From: Candidatus Hydrogenedentota bacterium
Lineage (GTDB): Bacteria > Hydrogenedentota > Hydrogenedentia > Hydrogenedentales > SLHB01
Direction of reading: 5' to 3'
DNA length: 64,000 nucleotides
Assembly (NCBI GenBank): GCA_963745075.1
Contig: CAVUWV010000015.1
Location: 190,088-254,087, forward strand
The number at the start of each line of letters is the position of its first letter. Position 1 is the first letter of the stretch. The notes below the pieces were generated by a model. That model had not been told where the DNA came from. It was given only the letters and a program-made list of their open reading frames with translations, and made no database searches. Positions 62,586 through 64,000 of the stretch are shown piece by piece. A program made the translations under genes and the position numbers.

Positions 62586-64000
62586 GTGAAGACATGCAAC
62601 CGTCGAGCGAAGGAACGCCCTGCAACAGGCAAACTTGGACGCCGGGACTTCCTGGCCGGCGCTGCCATGGCGGGGCTCGCGGGCTGCGCCAGTCTGACCG
62701 TCGCCGACCGCGCGCGGCCGGGCAAGCCTCCGAACATCCTGTTCGCCATTGCCGACGATTGGTCCTGGCCCCACGCGTCAATCTACGGCGCGCCCGAGAT
62801 CTCCACGCCCGCATTCGACCGCGTTGCTCGGGAGGGCATGCTCTTCCACAACGCGTTCACGGTTGCGCCGCAGTGTTCCCCGAACCGGGCCGCGACGTTG
62901 ACCGGGCGGTACATCTGGCAGCTCGCGGAGGCCGGAACCCACGCGAGCATCTTTCCCAAGACGTATCCGGTGTTCACGGACTTGCTCGAAACCTCGGGCT
63001 ACCACATCGGCTATACGGGCAAGGGCTGGGGGCCTGGCGACTGGAAGCGTGGGGGATGGACCCGAAATCCGGCCGGACCCGAGTACAACGAACGCAAGCT
63101 GGATAAGATCCCCTACGATGGCATCGCCAACGTGGACTATGCGTCGAATTTTGACGATTTCTTAGCGGCACGGCCCGAAGGTTCCCCGTTCTTTTTCTGG
63201 TACGGCGGCCACGAACCCCATCTCCGCTACGAGCAGAGCTCCGGCGCGCGGGCCGGCAAGGATCCCGCCCGCGTCCGGGTACCGGGCTTTCTACCCGACG
63301 ATCCCGTCGTGCGGAACGACCTCCTCGACTACTTCGTCGAGACCGAATGGTTTGATTCTCAATTGGGCGCGATGCTTTCACGGCTGGAGCAGATGGGCGA
63401 ACTCGACAATACCGTCGTGGTCGTCACCAGCGACAACGGCATGCCGTTCCCCCATGCAAAGGCGAATCTCTATGACTACGGCACGCACGTGCCACTCGCC
63501 ATTCGCTGGCCCGCGGGAGTGACGGCGGGCCAGTCCTCGTATGCCCTGGTCAGTTTTGTCGATTTCGCGCCAACCTTTCTCGAACTGGGCGGGGTTGATG
63601 CGCCCGCGTCGATGACCGGCAAGAGCTTTGTTTCCCTGCTCGAGGGGAAGGAAACGTCGTACCGCGACGTGGTACTCACGGGGCGCGAACGGCACACGCA
63701 TGCGCGACACGACAACCTGGGATACCCCTCCCGAGCGATTCGCACCGAGAAATACCTCTATATCGAGAACTTCAAACCGGACCGCTGGCCTGCAGGCGAT
63801 CCCGACGAGTACTACGATATCGACGATTCGCCGACCAAACGGCTGCTATTGGAGAACCGGCCGGCCTACGCGGAATACTTCGACGCGGCGGTTGGCATGC
63901 GTCCGGCCGAGGAACTGTATTGCGTTGGCGTGGACCCGGCGTGTATGGGCAACCGGGCCGGCGACCCCGCGCTGCGGGATGTCGAGATCCCTCTCCGCAT
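62586..64000 (+). CDS. Tat-exported sulfatase; 3' end runs off the window
   Basis: Manual translation from GTG 62586 (GGAGGGAGG RBS): GRRDFL, PNILFAIADD, CSPNRAATLTG (formylglycine motif), TSDNG, KANLYDYG. Confidence 0.92.
   Translation, partial: MKTCNRRAKERPATGKLGRRDFLAGAAMAGLAGCASLTVADRARPGKPPNILFAIADDWSWPHASIYGAPEISTPAFDRVAREGMLFHNAFTVAPQCSPNRAATLTGRYIWQLAEAGTHASIFPKTYPVFTDLLETSGYHIGYTGKGWGPGDWKRGGWTRNPAGPEYNERKLDKIPYDGIANVDYASNFDDFLAARPEGSPFFFWYGGHEPHLRYEQSSGARAGKDPARVRVPGFLPDDPVVRNDLLDYFVETEWFDSQLGAMLSRLEQMGELDNTVVVVTSDNGMPFPHAKANLYDYGTHVPLAIRWPAGVTAGQSSYALVSFVDFAPTFLELGGVDAPASMTGKSFVSLLEGKETSYRDVVLTGRERHTHARHDNLGYPSRAIRTEKYLYIENFKPDRWPAGDPDEYYDIDDSPTKRLLLENRPAYAEYFDAAVGMRPAEELYCVGVDPACMGNRAGDPALRDVEIPLR

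Overview
This is a GC-rich bacterial chromosomal window. Its gene content (PVC-type heme CxxCH protein, DUF1080 proteins, Tat-exported Gfo/Idh/MocA oxidoreductases, a sulfatase, Hanks-type kinases) suggests a Hydrogenedentota/PVC-like organism, which is an inference. 1-16.6 kb holds a minus-strand run of secreted carbohydrate/hydrolase-type genes. 16.8-19.6 kb holds an IS1202-family (ISNCY) element with a 15-16 bp target duplication next to a low-GC DUF3883 remnant. 19.7-31 kb holds malQ and the nadX-rplU-rpmA-obgE-proB-proA-nadD-yqeK-methyltransferase cluster. At 31.2-34 kb a membrane Ser/Thr kinase with four EF-hands is split by an ISAs1 element (10 bp target duplication). 35.7-40.2 kb is dnaG-rpoD-tRNA(CAT). 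From 40.2 to about 49 kb is an accessory, island-like region. It contains a duplicated tRNA 3' end (att-like), several REP-like repeat families, a kinase-WD40 gene and two tandem paralogous unknown proteins that end in a GGGG linker plus a four-Cys tail. Those paralogs are the best candidate for an undescribed system. 49.6-64 kb holds an oxidoreductase, a DUF1080 protein, small hypotheticals, an FG-GAP protein, a P-domain lipoprotein, glgB, amylosucrase, an MFS transporter and a sulfatase. Several single-base frameshifts, including in essential dnaG and rpoD, point to uncorrected assembly indels. All family calls come from motif recognition by eye, not database searches.
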